Origin: Bacilli bacterium
Lineage (GTDB): Bacteria > Bacillota_I > Bacilli_A > RF39 > UBA660
Direction of reading: 5' to 3'
NCBI GenBank assembly: GCA_017536505.1
Contig: JAFXHG010000038.1
Span: 1-63,162 of the forward strand
DNA: 63,162 bases
In this document: positions 31,288-40,454 of the stretch, one piece after another
Position numbering within the stretch: the first letter of the stretch is position 1
Layout of the letters: each line of letters opens with the position of its first letter
Translations under genes and position numbers: made by a program
Notes under the pieces: model-generated
Seen by the model: only the letters and a program-made list of their open reading frames with translations
The model's database searches: none
Told to the model about the DNA's origin: nothing

Positions 31288-31779
31288 CTATATTTCCACA
31301 GTATAATCATCTAAATAGACTTCATATTCCATTACACTACTTATTTTAAAAATATATTTATTTCCATCTTTTGTATATATAGTATAAATATCTCTATCAC
31401 TATTTATACTATATCTATCAATAGTCATATTATTATAATTAAGAGAATTAATATAATTTATAAAATTATCGACAGTTCCAAATTTTAAATTTCTATAATC
31501 TACATTTAATAATTTATAAGCATAATTTATATCAGTATTTAGATGTGAATTAAAATCATTAAAATAAATACTAGCCATTTGTTCATCAGATATATTTATA
31601 ACGGAGTATTCATTAACACCATAAGTTTTGGGGGTCATTATATAATCCTCACCATCTAAATAAGACTCATTATATATACTTTTACTGGCTAAGTATTCTC
31701 TTAGAAAATATGCTGACATTATTACAATAAATACCAGAAATAATAATAATGTATATTTATGTTTCTTTATAAATTCCAT
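31288..31779 (-). CDS. Bitopic membrane protein (candidate VirB8-like subunit)
   Basis: Single N-terminal TM, AYKLLNVDYR motif, position in the T4SS operon. Confidence 0.45.
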   Translation of the reverse strand: MEFIKKHKYTLLLFLVFIVIMSAYFLREYLASKSIYNESYLDGEDYIMTPKTYGVNEYSVINISDEQMASIYFNDFNSHLNTDINYAYKLLNVDYRNLKFGTVDNFINYINSLNYNNMTIDRYSINSDRDIYTIYTKDGNKYIFKISSVMEYEVYLDDYTVEI

Positions 31780-31790
31780 AATATCATCTC

Positions 31791-32297
31791 CTATTTAAAC
31801 ATAGCACCATTATATGGTTCTATTTCAAATGTCATATTTTCTTCATTTAATATAACAATTATATAAAAATCTTTTTTGTTAGATATTGAATCAATAGTTT
31901 CTTCTTGAGTACTTCCTTTTACATAATACTTATAAATACTTTTAGAAATTCTTTGAACGTACATTTTAATTGGAATAAATGTTTTTACTCCGTTGATTGA
32001 TTCAACATAATTATATATATTACTAGAATTAATAGAGTTACTATTCTTATATTCACTGCTTAATAATATTAATAATTTTTCAGTATCTCTACTCGATAAA
32101 TAATTCATATACTTAGATATACAAGATGAAACAGTATAAAATCTACTATTATCTTTTACAAGTGATATAGTTTCAGTATCTATTTTTTCTTCTATAATTT
32201 CATTTTTATTAAAAAATATTTCATATATTCCTATAAACAATACTGCAATAACAATAACTATAGTTAAAATTTTTTTGTTTCTTTCCTCTTTATTCAT
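31791..32297 (-). CDS. Bitopic membrane protein (candidate VirB8-like subunit)
   Basis: Likely start MNKEER after AGGTGA; single TM, LLILLSSEYK motif similar to the neighbour. Confidence 0.45.
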   Translation of the reverse strand: MNKEERNKKILTIVIVIAVLFIGIYEIFFNKNEIIEEKIDTETISLVKDNSRFYTVSSCISKYMNYLSSRDTEKLLILLSSEYKNSNSINSSNIYNYVESINGVKTFIPIKMYVQRISKSIYKYYVKGSTQEETIDSISNKKDFYIIVILNEENMTFEIEPYNGAMFK

Positions 32298-32305
32298 TTT
32301 ATCAC

Positions 32306-34963
32306 CTATATACCAAATATATCGTATCTCATTTGTACTTTTTTCTTTATTTGCCAAGCAGTATAATCATTTTGTTCACAAACTGTAGTTTTTGATTCAA
32401 CTGGACAATTATTAGTTGCAGTCGATGATGCACAAGTTGAAACACTAGAACAATATGACTGACCATATATTAAATTCAAATAATAACAACCACCAGAACC
32501 TGAACTACCAGGATTAAATCTATATGTTCCTACCCAAGAATATAAAGATTGCATTCCTTCTAATGTACCTGGCATACCATGCCCACTTGAATCACATTTA
32601 GCAGATAATCTTTCATTATATCTATTAGTTATTGTTTCAGCATGTTTGCCATACTCTCCATATGAACTAAGCACATTGGCATATGCAGCAATACCTTCGC
32701 TTAAAGAATCATATATTCCTCCAGAATTGCAACCTTGCCCATTAGCTATTCCAATTCCCCAATAATTGTTAGTATATTGGCAGGCAGGACTCAATTCCCA
32801 TCCTTCTTCAGTTCCAGCTGTTACTACAACCAATTCTGGATTTACATTATTAGCTAAAGAAGCAGTATATACTTCTTCAGCATTTAAAACAAAATTGTTA
32901 TAAAAGCCTTTATTTTGTGTTCTTTCATAATAGTTATTCATCTTTGCAACAAATTCTTCTTTTGATAATGTAGTTGTTGTAAGTGAAAAGTTGTTCCCAC
33001 TTCCATATGACATTGGTCGTGGATTATTAGGATCAACATATTCCAATGGATATACTCTACTTGATTTTGAATCAGAACCAAGTCTAACTTCAAAGTGTAA
33101 ATGGGTTGCAGTAGACTGACCACTATGCCCCATTTTTCCTATAACTTGTCCCTGATCTACCACATCACCGGCTCTAACAGTTATACTATTTTGAGCAAGA
33201 TGTGCATACAAAGTATAAGTTCCATCACTATGCTTTATTTTTACATAATTTCCAAAACCTCCGCCATCTTCATTTTCTAGATGACCATTATCACGATATT
33301 GAGTTTGGTATTCGCTTGTTGGGTATACAACTTCTCCAGATTTTACGGCAATTACATTTATAACTCCAGGACCATTTCCTGCATTACCAATATCTATTCC
33401 ACCATGTTCAGACACTCTAAAAGATTCTTTATCTCCAAAATCTGAAGTAATTTTAATACTTTGTGGAGTGCCTTTTGCGTATAAAATTCCGTTTATTTCT
33501 TCAGTCTCTTTACTTCCAATAGGCCACCAAAAAGAATTATTAGATACAGGAATTATTTCTTCAACTTCTGTATAACCACCAGCTAAATCCTCATATTGTT
33601 CCTTCGCATCATAAATTTGAACAATTAAATTATTTACAGGTGTTTCATTTTTCGATTCAATAAACTTATATTTTTCAGAAACAGTTCCCAATCTATGACC
33701 TTCTAAAAAATATTTTTTTTCTAAAAAGCCTTTTAAAAACTCCTTATATTGTTCTTTTTCTACAAGTTCATAACAAGCACCATCGATTGTTCCGGGACAA
33801 CTACGTTCATCTACTCTTTTTACCATATTTTGCGCTAAAATTTCTATATCACGAGCACTAGTTTTAGATAAAACTACCCTAGACCAATTCTTATTATAGT
33901 TAAAATCTTCATTTTTTTCTTTGCGAGTTACCTTAAAACCTTTTATATTTGCCTCAAAAACTTCACTTCTATCAGTATCTTGAACAGTTAATACTGACAT
34001 TATTAATGGCATATCTAAATCAACATTATAATTCTTATCATTACTATAATATCTTTGTATATAAAACAGTTTAAAAAAGAATTTATATACAGTATCCATA
34101 TCATAAGTACCATCACCATAACTATTAACACCAGAATAAAAATCTTCTAATTCTTTTAAATCTGCCTCATTATATTCTCTGTATTTAGTAGAATCAATAA
34201 AATTTTCTTTAGTTAATTTAGTACTATAGATATTGATATCATCAATAAAAACATCGTCATAATAAATATTCCAAGTTAAATCCCCTGCTGATCCATCATC
34301 AACATTTTCATCTGTTATTTCATCATCTAAACCTTCTGAACCGTTTTCTCTAATAGCTTCATCTGCTTTTTCATTAGAAACTTCATCTGCTTGTCCAAGA
34401 CCAATTACACTTAAAAATGTTTGAGAAGCAGCAACAATTAAACACATAAAAACTACTACTACCATAACAGGTGTGAAAGCTACCAAAGCAATTTTTAAAA
34501 CTTTAGCAGAAGCTTTAAAAGTTACTTCAGCTCCATCAGTAGTTTTATCTTCAACTTCTCTTCTATCTAATGTATTATTTTGTTTACCTTCTGCAGTTGC
34601 ATTAGTTTGAACACTTGATTTACCTAAAGAAGAAAGTCCATCCTTCTTTTTTAATGCATTCCCTATCCTATCACTAGTACCACTTTCTGCCATTTTATTT
34701 GATGCTTTTTGGATCAATCTACCCCCAGGAGTAAATTTATTAGACCTATTCATAGCCTTACCTAGTTTCATTGAGGCTTTTCCACCAGTTAATTTATCAG
34801 CAGTTTTTACAGCTGTTCCTATTGCTGCGATTGTTGGATCCCCAGTTTTACTAGCAACGTCAGCTAAAACTCTTACATTATTAGCATTGTTGGCAACATT
34901 ACGTTGTTTTTGAGTTTGTGCTTTTGTCATTTGATTTTCATCTGGAACATATTGTTCTTCCAT
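32306..34963 (-). CDS. Membrane-anchored peptidoglycan hydrolase (M23 peptidase plus lysozyme/glucosaminidase-like domain), VirB1 analogue
   Basis: HGGIDIG and HLHFEVR M23 zinc motifs, YAHL; downstream VNPELVV.TAGTE...NNYWGIG. Confidence 0.85.
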   Translation of the reverse strand: MEEQYVPDENQMTKAQTQKQRNVANNANNVRVLADVASKTGDPTIAAIGTAVKTADKLTGGKASMKLGKAMNRSNKFTPGGRLIQKASNKMAESGTSDRIGNALKKKDGLSSLGKSSVQTNATAEGKQNNTLDRREVEDKTTDGAEVTFKASAKVLKIALVAFTPVMVVVVFMCLIVAASQTFLSVIGLGQADEVSNEKADEAIRENGSEGLDDEITDENVDDGSAGDLTWNIYYDDVFIDDINIYSTKLTKENFIDSTKYREYNEADLKELEDFYSGVNSYGDGTYDMDTVYKFFFKLFYIQRYYSNDKNYNVDLDMPLIMSVLTVQDTDRSEVFEANIKGFKVTRKEKNEDFNYNKNWSRVVLSKTSARDIEILAQNMVKRVDERSCPGTIDGACYELVEKEQYKEFLKGFLEKKYFLEGHRLGTVSEKYKFIESKNETPVNNLIVQIYDAKEQYEDLAGGYTEVEEIIPVSNNSFWWPIGSKETEEINGILYAKGTPQSIKITSDFGDKESFRVSEHGGIDIGNAGNGPGVINVIAVKSGEVVYPTSEYQTQYRDNGHLENEDGGGFGNYVKIKHSDGTYTLYAHLAQNSITVRAGDVVDQGQVIGKMGHSGQSTATHLHFEVRLGSDSKSSRVYPLEYVDPNNPRPMSYGSGNNFSLTTTTLSKEEFVAKMNNYYERTQNKGFYNNFVLNAEEVYTASLANNVNPELVVVTAGTEEGWELSPACQYTNNYWGIGIANGQGCNSGGIYDSLSEGIAAYANVLSSYGEYGKHAETITNRYNERLSAKCDSSGHGMPGTLEGMQSLYSWVGTYRFNPGSSGSGGCYYLNLIYGQSYCSSVSTCASSTATNNCPVESKTTVCEQNDYTAWQIKKKVQMRYDIFGI

Positions 34964-34983
34964 AATGTTGCCTCCAATCTATA

Positions 34984-36768
34984 TTATAGTCCTCCACCAC
35001 TACCAAATGATTCTAATTCTTCATCTGATACAATTACATTAATACGCATTCTTCTGCTACCGCATACAAATAATGCTTCACCTTGTTGATATTGTTTTAT
35101 ACTTTCTTTTTCATTATCATTTAAATCTATTAATTTAGCTAAATCATCAACAGCTTGCTTCTTTAACCCCATCACTAGATAGTAAGAAGCATTATCAAAT
35201 ATAGCTTTTCCTTGAGTTATAACACTAGGATCACTAAAATCTGTAGGTTGTTGAGTAATTATTATTGTTCCTGTGTTATATTTTCTTGCACGTCTTTGAA
35301 TTTGTGCTAAGAAATCTGCACCTAAAGTATTTCCTCCACTTAATAAAACATGCGCTTCATCAACCATCATAACAGTGTTTATAGAACTGTTTAAAGTTAA
35401 TCCCCATGCATATTTTAATATGTTAAAGAACAAAGCATTTCTAATATTATTATCAGCATTCATTAATTCTTTAATGTTAAATACTATAAAATTACTTCTT
35501 GGTTTTATAGTTGTATGACCATCAAAATAATATTTAAGTTCTTTTACAATTGGTCTTATCTTTATTTCAAGTCTTTCAAGAACATCTTTTTCTTGAGTTT
35601 TTTCAGGCATAGATAAAATTCTACCTTTTATAGTTGCATAAACATCTTTAAAAGTAGGATAATCTTCAGATTTGAATTTAGTAAAATCTGACTCAAAATC
35701 TATACCAAAACGTTTATATGTTTCTTGTACTACTTCACTAAACATATTAACAACATCTTCTTCAATACTTGGATCATAGTATTTTAAGAAGGCTTTTATT
35801 GTTTGTAATGTACGAGTTAAAATAGTATAACCTAATCCTTGTTTTATCTCTTCTTCATCAGCATCTACTATTACTTCAAGAGGATTTATCATACCAAATG
35901 ATCCACCCTTACCTAAACTAATAAAGTCTCCATCAAAAGAATCAGTCATTTCTTCTAATTCTCCTTCTGGATCAATAACAACTATTTGATTATTATTTCT
36001 TATATTACTTCTTAAAAGTAATTTAGCAGCTGTAGACTTACCACTACCAGAAGTACCTAATATAATCATATTAGCATTATTACGATTGTGCTCTTTTTTT
36101 ATTTGATATAAGAATTGATTAAATAATATAACCCCACCAGAGAAATCTATTCCAAGTAAAGTAGATAATCCTGGGTCTTTAATACTATCAAATATAAATG
36201 GATACATAGCTGCCATAGTAGGAGCTGGAATAGGTGTTCCTATTCTATCTTCAATATCTTGTTTACCATATATTGGTAATATAGATTTAAGTACCTTATC
36301 TTGTTCAAAACGAAGAGGTACAGCTCTCATTTCCATAGCTTCTAAATAATTTTTAACTTGTAATTTTTTAGCATCTAACTCCTCTTTAGTATCAGCAGTA
36401 ATCATAACATGCATTTGAAAATCATAGATTTTTGATTGACTTGCAGCAAGTTCGCTTATAAACATCTCTAATGATTCATAATCTTGACGTATTCTTTCCT
36501 GAATAGTCTTATCTTTTTCATCTTGATATCTTTGTTTTAAATCAGCAAGCTCCTTATTAAGCATTTTACTCATACTACTAAAAGGAAGTGGTATATGTTT
36601 AATAACAACTTTAATTCCTGACATACTTGTTAAACTACTTAAATATCCAGGATAAATAAATTTTGGATAACTTATAATAGTTAAAATACAAGCATGTTTA
36701 TCACTAATAATAAATTCGCTAGGTTTAAACTCCAATCCTTTTGGAGCAATTTGACTCTTAATATCCAT
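34984..36768 (-). CDS. virB4: VirB4/TraE-like secretion ATPase
   Basis: GTSGSGKS, IDPEGE, INPL, VDEAH, RARKY, TQQP. Confidence 0.92.
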   Translation of the reverse strand: MDIKSQIAPKGLEFKPSEFIISDKHACILTIISYPKFIYPGYLSSLTSMSGIKVVIKHIPLPFSSMSKMLNKELADLKQRYQDEKDKTIQERIRQDYESLEMFISELAASQSKIYDFQMHVMITADTKEELDAKKLQVKNYLEAMEMRAVPLRFEQDKVLKSILPIYGKQDIEDRIGTPIPAPTMAAMYPFIFDSIKDPGLSTLLGIDFSGGVILFNQFLYQIKKEHNRNNANMIILGTSGSGKSTAAKLLLRSNIRNNNQIVVIDPEGELEEMTDSFDGDFISLGKGGSFGMINPLEVIVDADEEEIKQGLGYTILTRTLQTIKAFLKYYDPSIEEDVVNMFSEVVQETYKRFGIDFESDFTKFKSEDYPTFKDVYATIKGRILSMPEKTQEKDVLERLEIKIRPIVKELKYYFDGHTTIKPRSNFIVFNIKELMNADNNIRNALFFNILKYAWGLTLNSSINTVMMVDEAHVLLSGGNTLGADFLAQIQRRARKYNTGTIIITQQPTDFSDPSVITQGKAIFDNASYYLVMGLKKQAVDDLAKLIDLNDNEKESIKQYQQGEALFVCGSRRMRINVIVSDEELESFGSGGGL

Positions 36769-37307
36769 TATGCTAACACCGTCCCAAAAGTAGTAGTTTG
36801 TCCACCATTTAAGAAATTATCTAAAATCATTCTTAAATCGTCATTATTAGTTTGAAAAGCAGTAAGTCCCGCACTAGCAAAATTATTAATTAAAGTACGA
36901 ACTCTTTTTTGAATTAAATCATTATCTTTCTCTTTAAATAGTAAAAAGTATTCTGTATCTACTACATTGTTATTCATAAACATATTTGCCTTATTTAAAT
37001 CTTCTAAAATAAGTTTTCTTTTTTTATTATCGCTTGTTTGATTATATAGTAATTGTAATTGAGATAAGTAAACATTTATATCTACCGGTCTATCAGCAAC
37101 TACAATCCAAAATTCATAATCAATAGCATTATAAACGTTTTTTAAATTCATAATAATAGCATCTTGCATACTTTGATCTAGTATAAAAATATTTCTTGGC
37201 ATTATTTTAACACCAGTAACTTTTTGATTATTGTCTAATACAATAACACCATTAGTAATATTTTTTACTGGAACATCAGTATACTTACTTTTTATCTCTT
37301 TCGCCAT
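36768..37307 (-). CDS. T4SS accessory protein (resembles a detached VirB4 N-terminal region)
   Basis: Likely start MAKEIK; lies between prgI and virB4 with overlapping codons. Confidence 0.6.
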   Translation of the reverse strand: MAKEIKSKYTDVPVKNITNGVIVLDNNQKVTGVKIMPRNIFILDQSMQDAIIMNLKNVYNAIDYEFWIVVADRPVDINVYLSQLQLLYNQTSDNKKRKLILEDLNKANMFMNNNVVDTEYFLLFKEKDNDLIQKRVRTLINNFASAGLTAFQTNNDDLRMILDNFLNGGQTTTFGTVLA

Positions 37308-37602
37308 TATCAAAACACCAACCCTTCCATATATATTTTTGTCTTGTTGAATAAAATTCCCAAGCATTTTTTATTACAGTCCTTACATTGTGGTAATTTG
37401 GTACAGGAAGTACCAAAAAACCACATATAAGTCCTGGTGAAATAGTTAATACAGCTACCCAAAATTCACTAACTGGTAGAATCATCATTAGTAAAAATGA
37501 TATACCTATTCCACATCCAAATATAATTAAATCAATTGTATTAAACACACCAAATATAAGCATACTCTTTTTTGAGTTTGCAGGTATTAAATATGAATTC
37601 AT
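37285..37602 (-). CDS. PrgI/VirB3-like membrane protein
   Basis: YLIP...IFG.F...DL plus two TMs plus QKYIW; upstream of virB4. Confidence 0.72.
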   Translation of the reverse strand: MNSYLIPANSKKSMLIFGVFNTIDLIIFGCGIGISFLLMMILPVSEFWVAVLTISPGLICGFLVLPVPNYHNVRTVIKNAWEFYSTRQKYIWKGWCFDNGERDKK

Positions 37603-37625
37603 TTAGTATCACACCCTTTTTATTA

Positions 37626-39911
37626 TTAAGAACCATTTCCAATTCTGCGCGTTGCTGCAGCATCTCTGTTCGTTTTTCTTCTTTCTTTTTCTTCATTAAG
37701 TTCTTTTTCAGTGGCTTCAATGATGGCTTTAGCGTCTTCATAACTAACTTCTTTACCATCAATAATAACTTTTTTATCAGTTTGAATTTTTCTAATTTGG
37801 TCATCAATATCAGAAATTAATCTTTCTTCTGGAGCAATTTCTCTTTCTATATCACCAACAGTGCCTTTTGACTGCCCATATTGAGTATGAATAGCTGAAC
37901 CATCTGATGTTGATTCAATTCCTAAAACTTTTGCTGCATCCACATAAGTTTTATAAGCATTTTGGAATGTTTTATCATCTTTTCCATCAGAAAATACACC
38001 TTCAGAAGCTTGTGACATATATTCTTTCATTCCTGAATCGGTTAACCAAGTATTAGCAGCATGTTGAGCTTCTGCAGCCATTTCAGGTGTCACAGTAACC
38101 GATTTTCCATTAACTTTAACTCTTCTACCTATATTATTTTCTAAATATTCAGCATTGGCTTTTAGTGTTAGATATCTTTTACCAATATCTCCACCATTTC
38201 CTGCTTCTATTTCAGATTTTGCTCTACTTTCCATAGATGATATTGCATCCTGCATTCTTTTATGATCCGAAATACTTCTTTTGCTATCAGCTATGCTTTC
38301 TTGAATTCTTTTTTTCTCAGCTTCCTTAGTTTTTACATCTCTCTCTACTGAGGTTGCAGCATCATTTAGATTTTTCTTATTAACTCTTAAAGCTGTAGCT
38401 CTCTTTTCTAAATCAGCATCATCTAGACCATATCTACTAGATAATACAGCTGCCCTAGAACCCCAGAAACCTGCACCATTTATTCTAGCTTCTCTTAATT
38501 TTCTATTTACTTCTGCTTGTCTAGCAAGTCCACCAGAATATCCTTTATTTGCTGCAGCTCCTCTTGCTGCTCCAGTAAATGCAGAGCCTATTCTTCCAAA
38601 GAAACCATGTCCACCAACAGCACCAGCTACCATTCCTCCAGCAGCTCCTGTAATTCTTTTGCCACCCATAGCTTGTTCTTCAAATTTCTTTAATGGATTT
38701 AAGAAGAATTTACCATCACCATCTAACTTAATTCCTAATCCTTCAAGTATTTTTGGTAAATCTTTAGCAAACATTAATGCCCCAATTATAATAAATATTT
38801 TTATATATGGATTTACTTGATATGTTCCATCTACTATATCCACTAAAGTTAAATCAGCTACTTTTTCAATTATATATATAGCAAAATAAAGAGCCAATAT
38901 ACGAATAAATAAACTTAAATATGTTTTAAAACATAATTGATACCATTTTTTAAACATTCCATCTTTACCACTTTTTGGATCGACATAAGATAAAATTGGG
39001 ATTGGTGCAATTAATTGTAAAAATGCTAACTTTATACTACGTAATGCAATATCCATACAGAATGATATAAGTAATAATACAACAACAACACCTACAACTG
39101 TACTAAAAACATATTTGTAATCCATTACAAACTGTGAATTATCTTTAACAGTAGCTACTGCAATTTCAGTTCTAAACATTAAACCTAGATTTCTATTTTC
39201 AACCCCTACAACATAATTTTGCAAAGCCATCATAGAAAATTTATCAGTTCCAGCAAGAGTGGCCATCGTTTTGCCAAGTGATGGATCTTGTTCATAAGTA
39301 CCATCTGTTTTTAGTCCGGAACATTTAGGATTAAATTTTGTAACAGATGTTTGTTTCCCATTTACTGTTTTTGTTTCTTGTACAGTAAGTTCTACACATT
39401 CTTGAAATTCGGTTATAGATGTGTTAGGAGAGAAAAATGCACTCATTGTAATAAATGCCATATCATCTCCCGCACTATTTATAAAATCACTTGAAGTATT
39501 ATTATCTCCGCCACCGAATATCAACGTCCCTAATGTATTATCCTCTAATATTATAGTTTGTAACCTATATGCCATATTAAATATATAAGGAGTTAATATT
39601 AATAACCCTAAACTTATTATTATATTCATCGATAATTTAGAAATACCTTTACTCTTATCAGAAAAATCATCAGGATTAACTATATAGGTAATTAAAGATA
39701 AAGTAACTTTAAATATCATAAAAATAGCTAACAATTTGTATATTCTATCTGCCATGTCTAATATATCAGCTTGAGTAAGAACAGAAGTTCTTGCTATTGC
39801 TATTAATAGATTATATATAGATGATATCCCATTATATACAACTTGATCTATTCCAAAGAAAAATTGTTTCATCAATGTTTGAAACCACATATTTATTGAT
39901 AATACGTACAT
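37626..39911 (-). CDS. VirB6/TrbL-like polytopic channel protein with a long cytoplasmic tail
   Basis: Multiple TMs, RSIKLAFLQLIAPIPILSY, KKWYQ, then Gly/Ala-rich and coiled-coil tail. Confidence 0.8.
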   Translation of the reverse strand: MYVLSINMWFQTLMKQFFFGIDQVVYNGISSIYNLLIAIARTSVLTQADILDMADRIYKLLAIFMIFKVTLSLITYIVNPDDFSDKSKGISKLSMNIIISLGLLILTPYIFNMAYRLQTIILEDNTLGTLIFGGGDNNTSSDFINSAGDDMAFITMSAFFSPNTSITEFQECVELTVQETKTVNGKQTSVTKFNPKCSGLKTDGTYEQDPSLGKTMATLAGTDKFSMMALQNYVVGVENRNLGLMFRTEIAVATVKDNSQFVMDYKYVFSTVVGVVVVLLLISFCMDIALRSIKLAFLQLIAPIPILSYVDPKSGKDGMFKKWYQLCFKTYLSLFIRILALYFAIYIIEKVADLTLVDIVDGTYQVNPYIKIFIIIGALMFAKDLPKILEGLGIKLDGDGKFFLNPLKKFEEQAMGGKRITGAAGGMVAGAVGGHGFFGRIGSAFTGAARGAAANKGYSGGLARQAEVNRKLREARINGAGFWGSRAAVLSSRYGLDDADLEKRATALRVNKKNLNDAATSVERDVKTKEAEKKRIQESIADSKRSISDHKRMQDAISSMESRAKSEIEAGNGGDIGKRYLTLKANAEYLENNIGRRVKVNGKSVTVTPEMAAEAQHAANTWLTDSGMKEYMSQASEGVFSDGKDDKTFQNAYKTYVDAAKVLGIESTSDGSAIHTQYGQSKGTVGDIEREIAPEERLISDIDDQIRKIQTDKKVIIDGKEVSYEDAKAIIEATEKELNEEKERRKTNRDAAATRRIGNGS

Positions 39912-39969
39912 CTTTATTCCTCCTAAAAATTGTTTTAATTTATACTTATACTCATATCATAATTATAGC

Positions 39970-40001
39970 AAAAAAAAAACAATTAATCAATGACTAATTG
40001 T
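39970..40001 (-). terminator. Terminator after the short pilin gene
   Basis: Minus strand ACAATTAGTC-ATT-GATTAATTGT followed by a long T run. Confidence 0.55.
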
Positions 40002-40009
40002 CGCTTTTA

Positions 40010-40399
40010 TTACATATCAAGAGTTTCAGATGTTGATATACAAGCATTATCTGCTATTTTACCATTTACAAAACAATTAAAGCATTCAGAAATGTTCTTA
40101 TCTCCAGAAATAAAGTTAATTAAAATTTGAACTATTTGTATTACAAAGAACACAATAACAGCAGCTATTACTCTTTTTATAAATGTTTGTTGACCTTTTT
40201 TTATTTCATCTTCTTTAGAAGCTACTACAGCTTTACCTAAATCAAGCATACCAAAAATTATAAGTAAAATAGGTACAACTATTTTTATAATTAAAATTGC
40301 AGTTGAAACTAAATATGGAAAAGTACCTGAAAATTCAAAGCCTAAACTACCACATTTATAAAGCCCACTCATTTCAAAATTATCTACTAAAAACATCAT
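40010..40399 (-). CDS. VirB2/TrbC-like pilin (candidate major subunit)
   Basis: Two-TM hairpin with KAVVASKEDEIKKGQQTFIKRV, CFNCF; own promoter and terminator. Confidence 0.78.
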   Translation of the reverse strand: MMFLVDNFEMSGLYKCGSLGFEFSGTFPYLVSTAILIIKIVVPILLIIFGMLDLGKAVVASKEDEIKKGQQTFIKRVIAAVIVFFVIQIVQILINFISGDKNISECFNCFVNGKIADNACISTSETLDM

Positions 40400-40423
40400 A
40401 TAAATATCCTCCTAACTATATTT

Positions 40424-40452
40424 ATTATATCTTTATTTATAGAAAAAGTCAA
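40424..40452 (-). promoter_or_regulatory. Sigma-A promoter of the short pilin gene
   Basis: TTGACT-N17-TATAAT on the minus strand. Confidence 0.7.
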
Positions 40453-40454
40453 CC

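Noticed and set aside
37541-37820. Alternative-frame and antisense ORFs 37541-37807 and 37572-37820
   Set aside because: They overlap the virB6 and prgI coding regions and look like shadow ORFs
29213-39911. Interpretation as an ordinary ICE or conjugative transposon
   Set aside because: No relaxase, integrase, excisionase or flanking direct repeats seen; housekeeping neighbours; pilin paralogues dispersed in the backbone. A relaxase acting in trans from elsewhere cannot be excluded.
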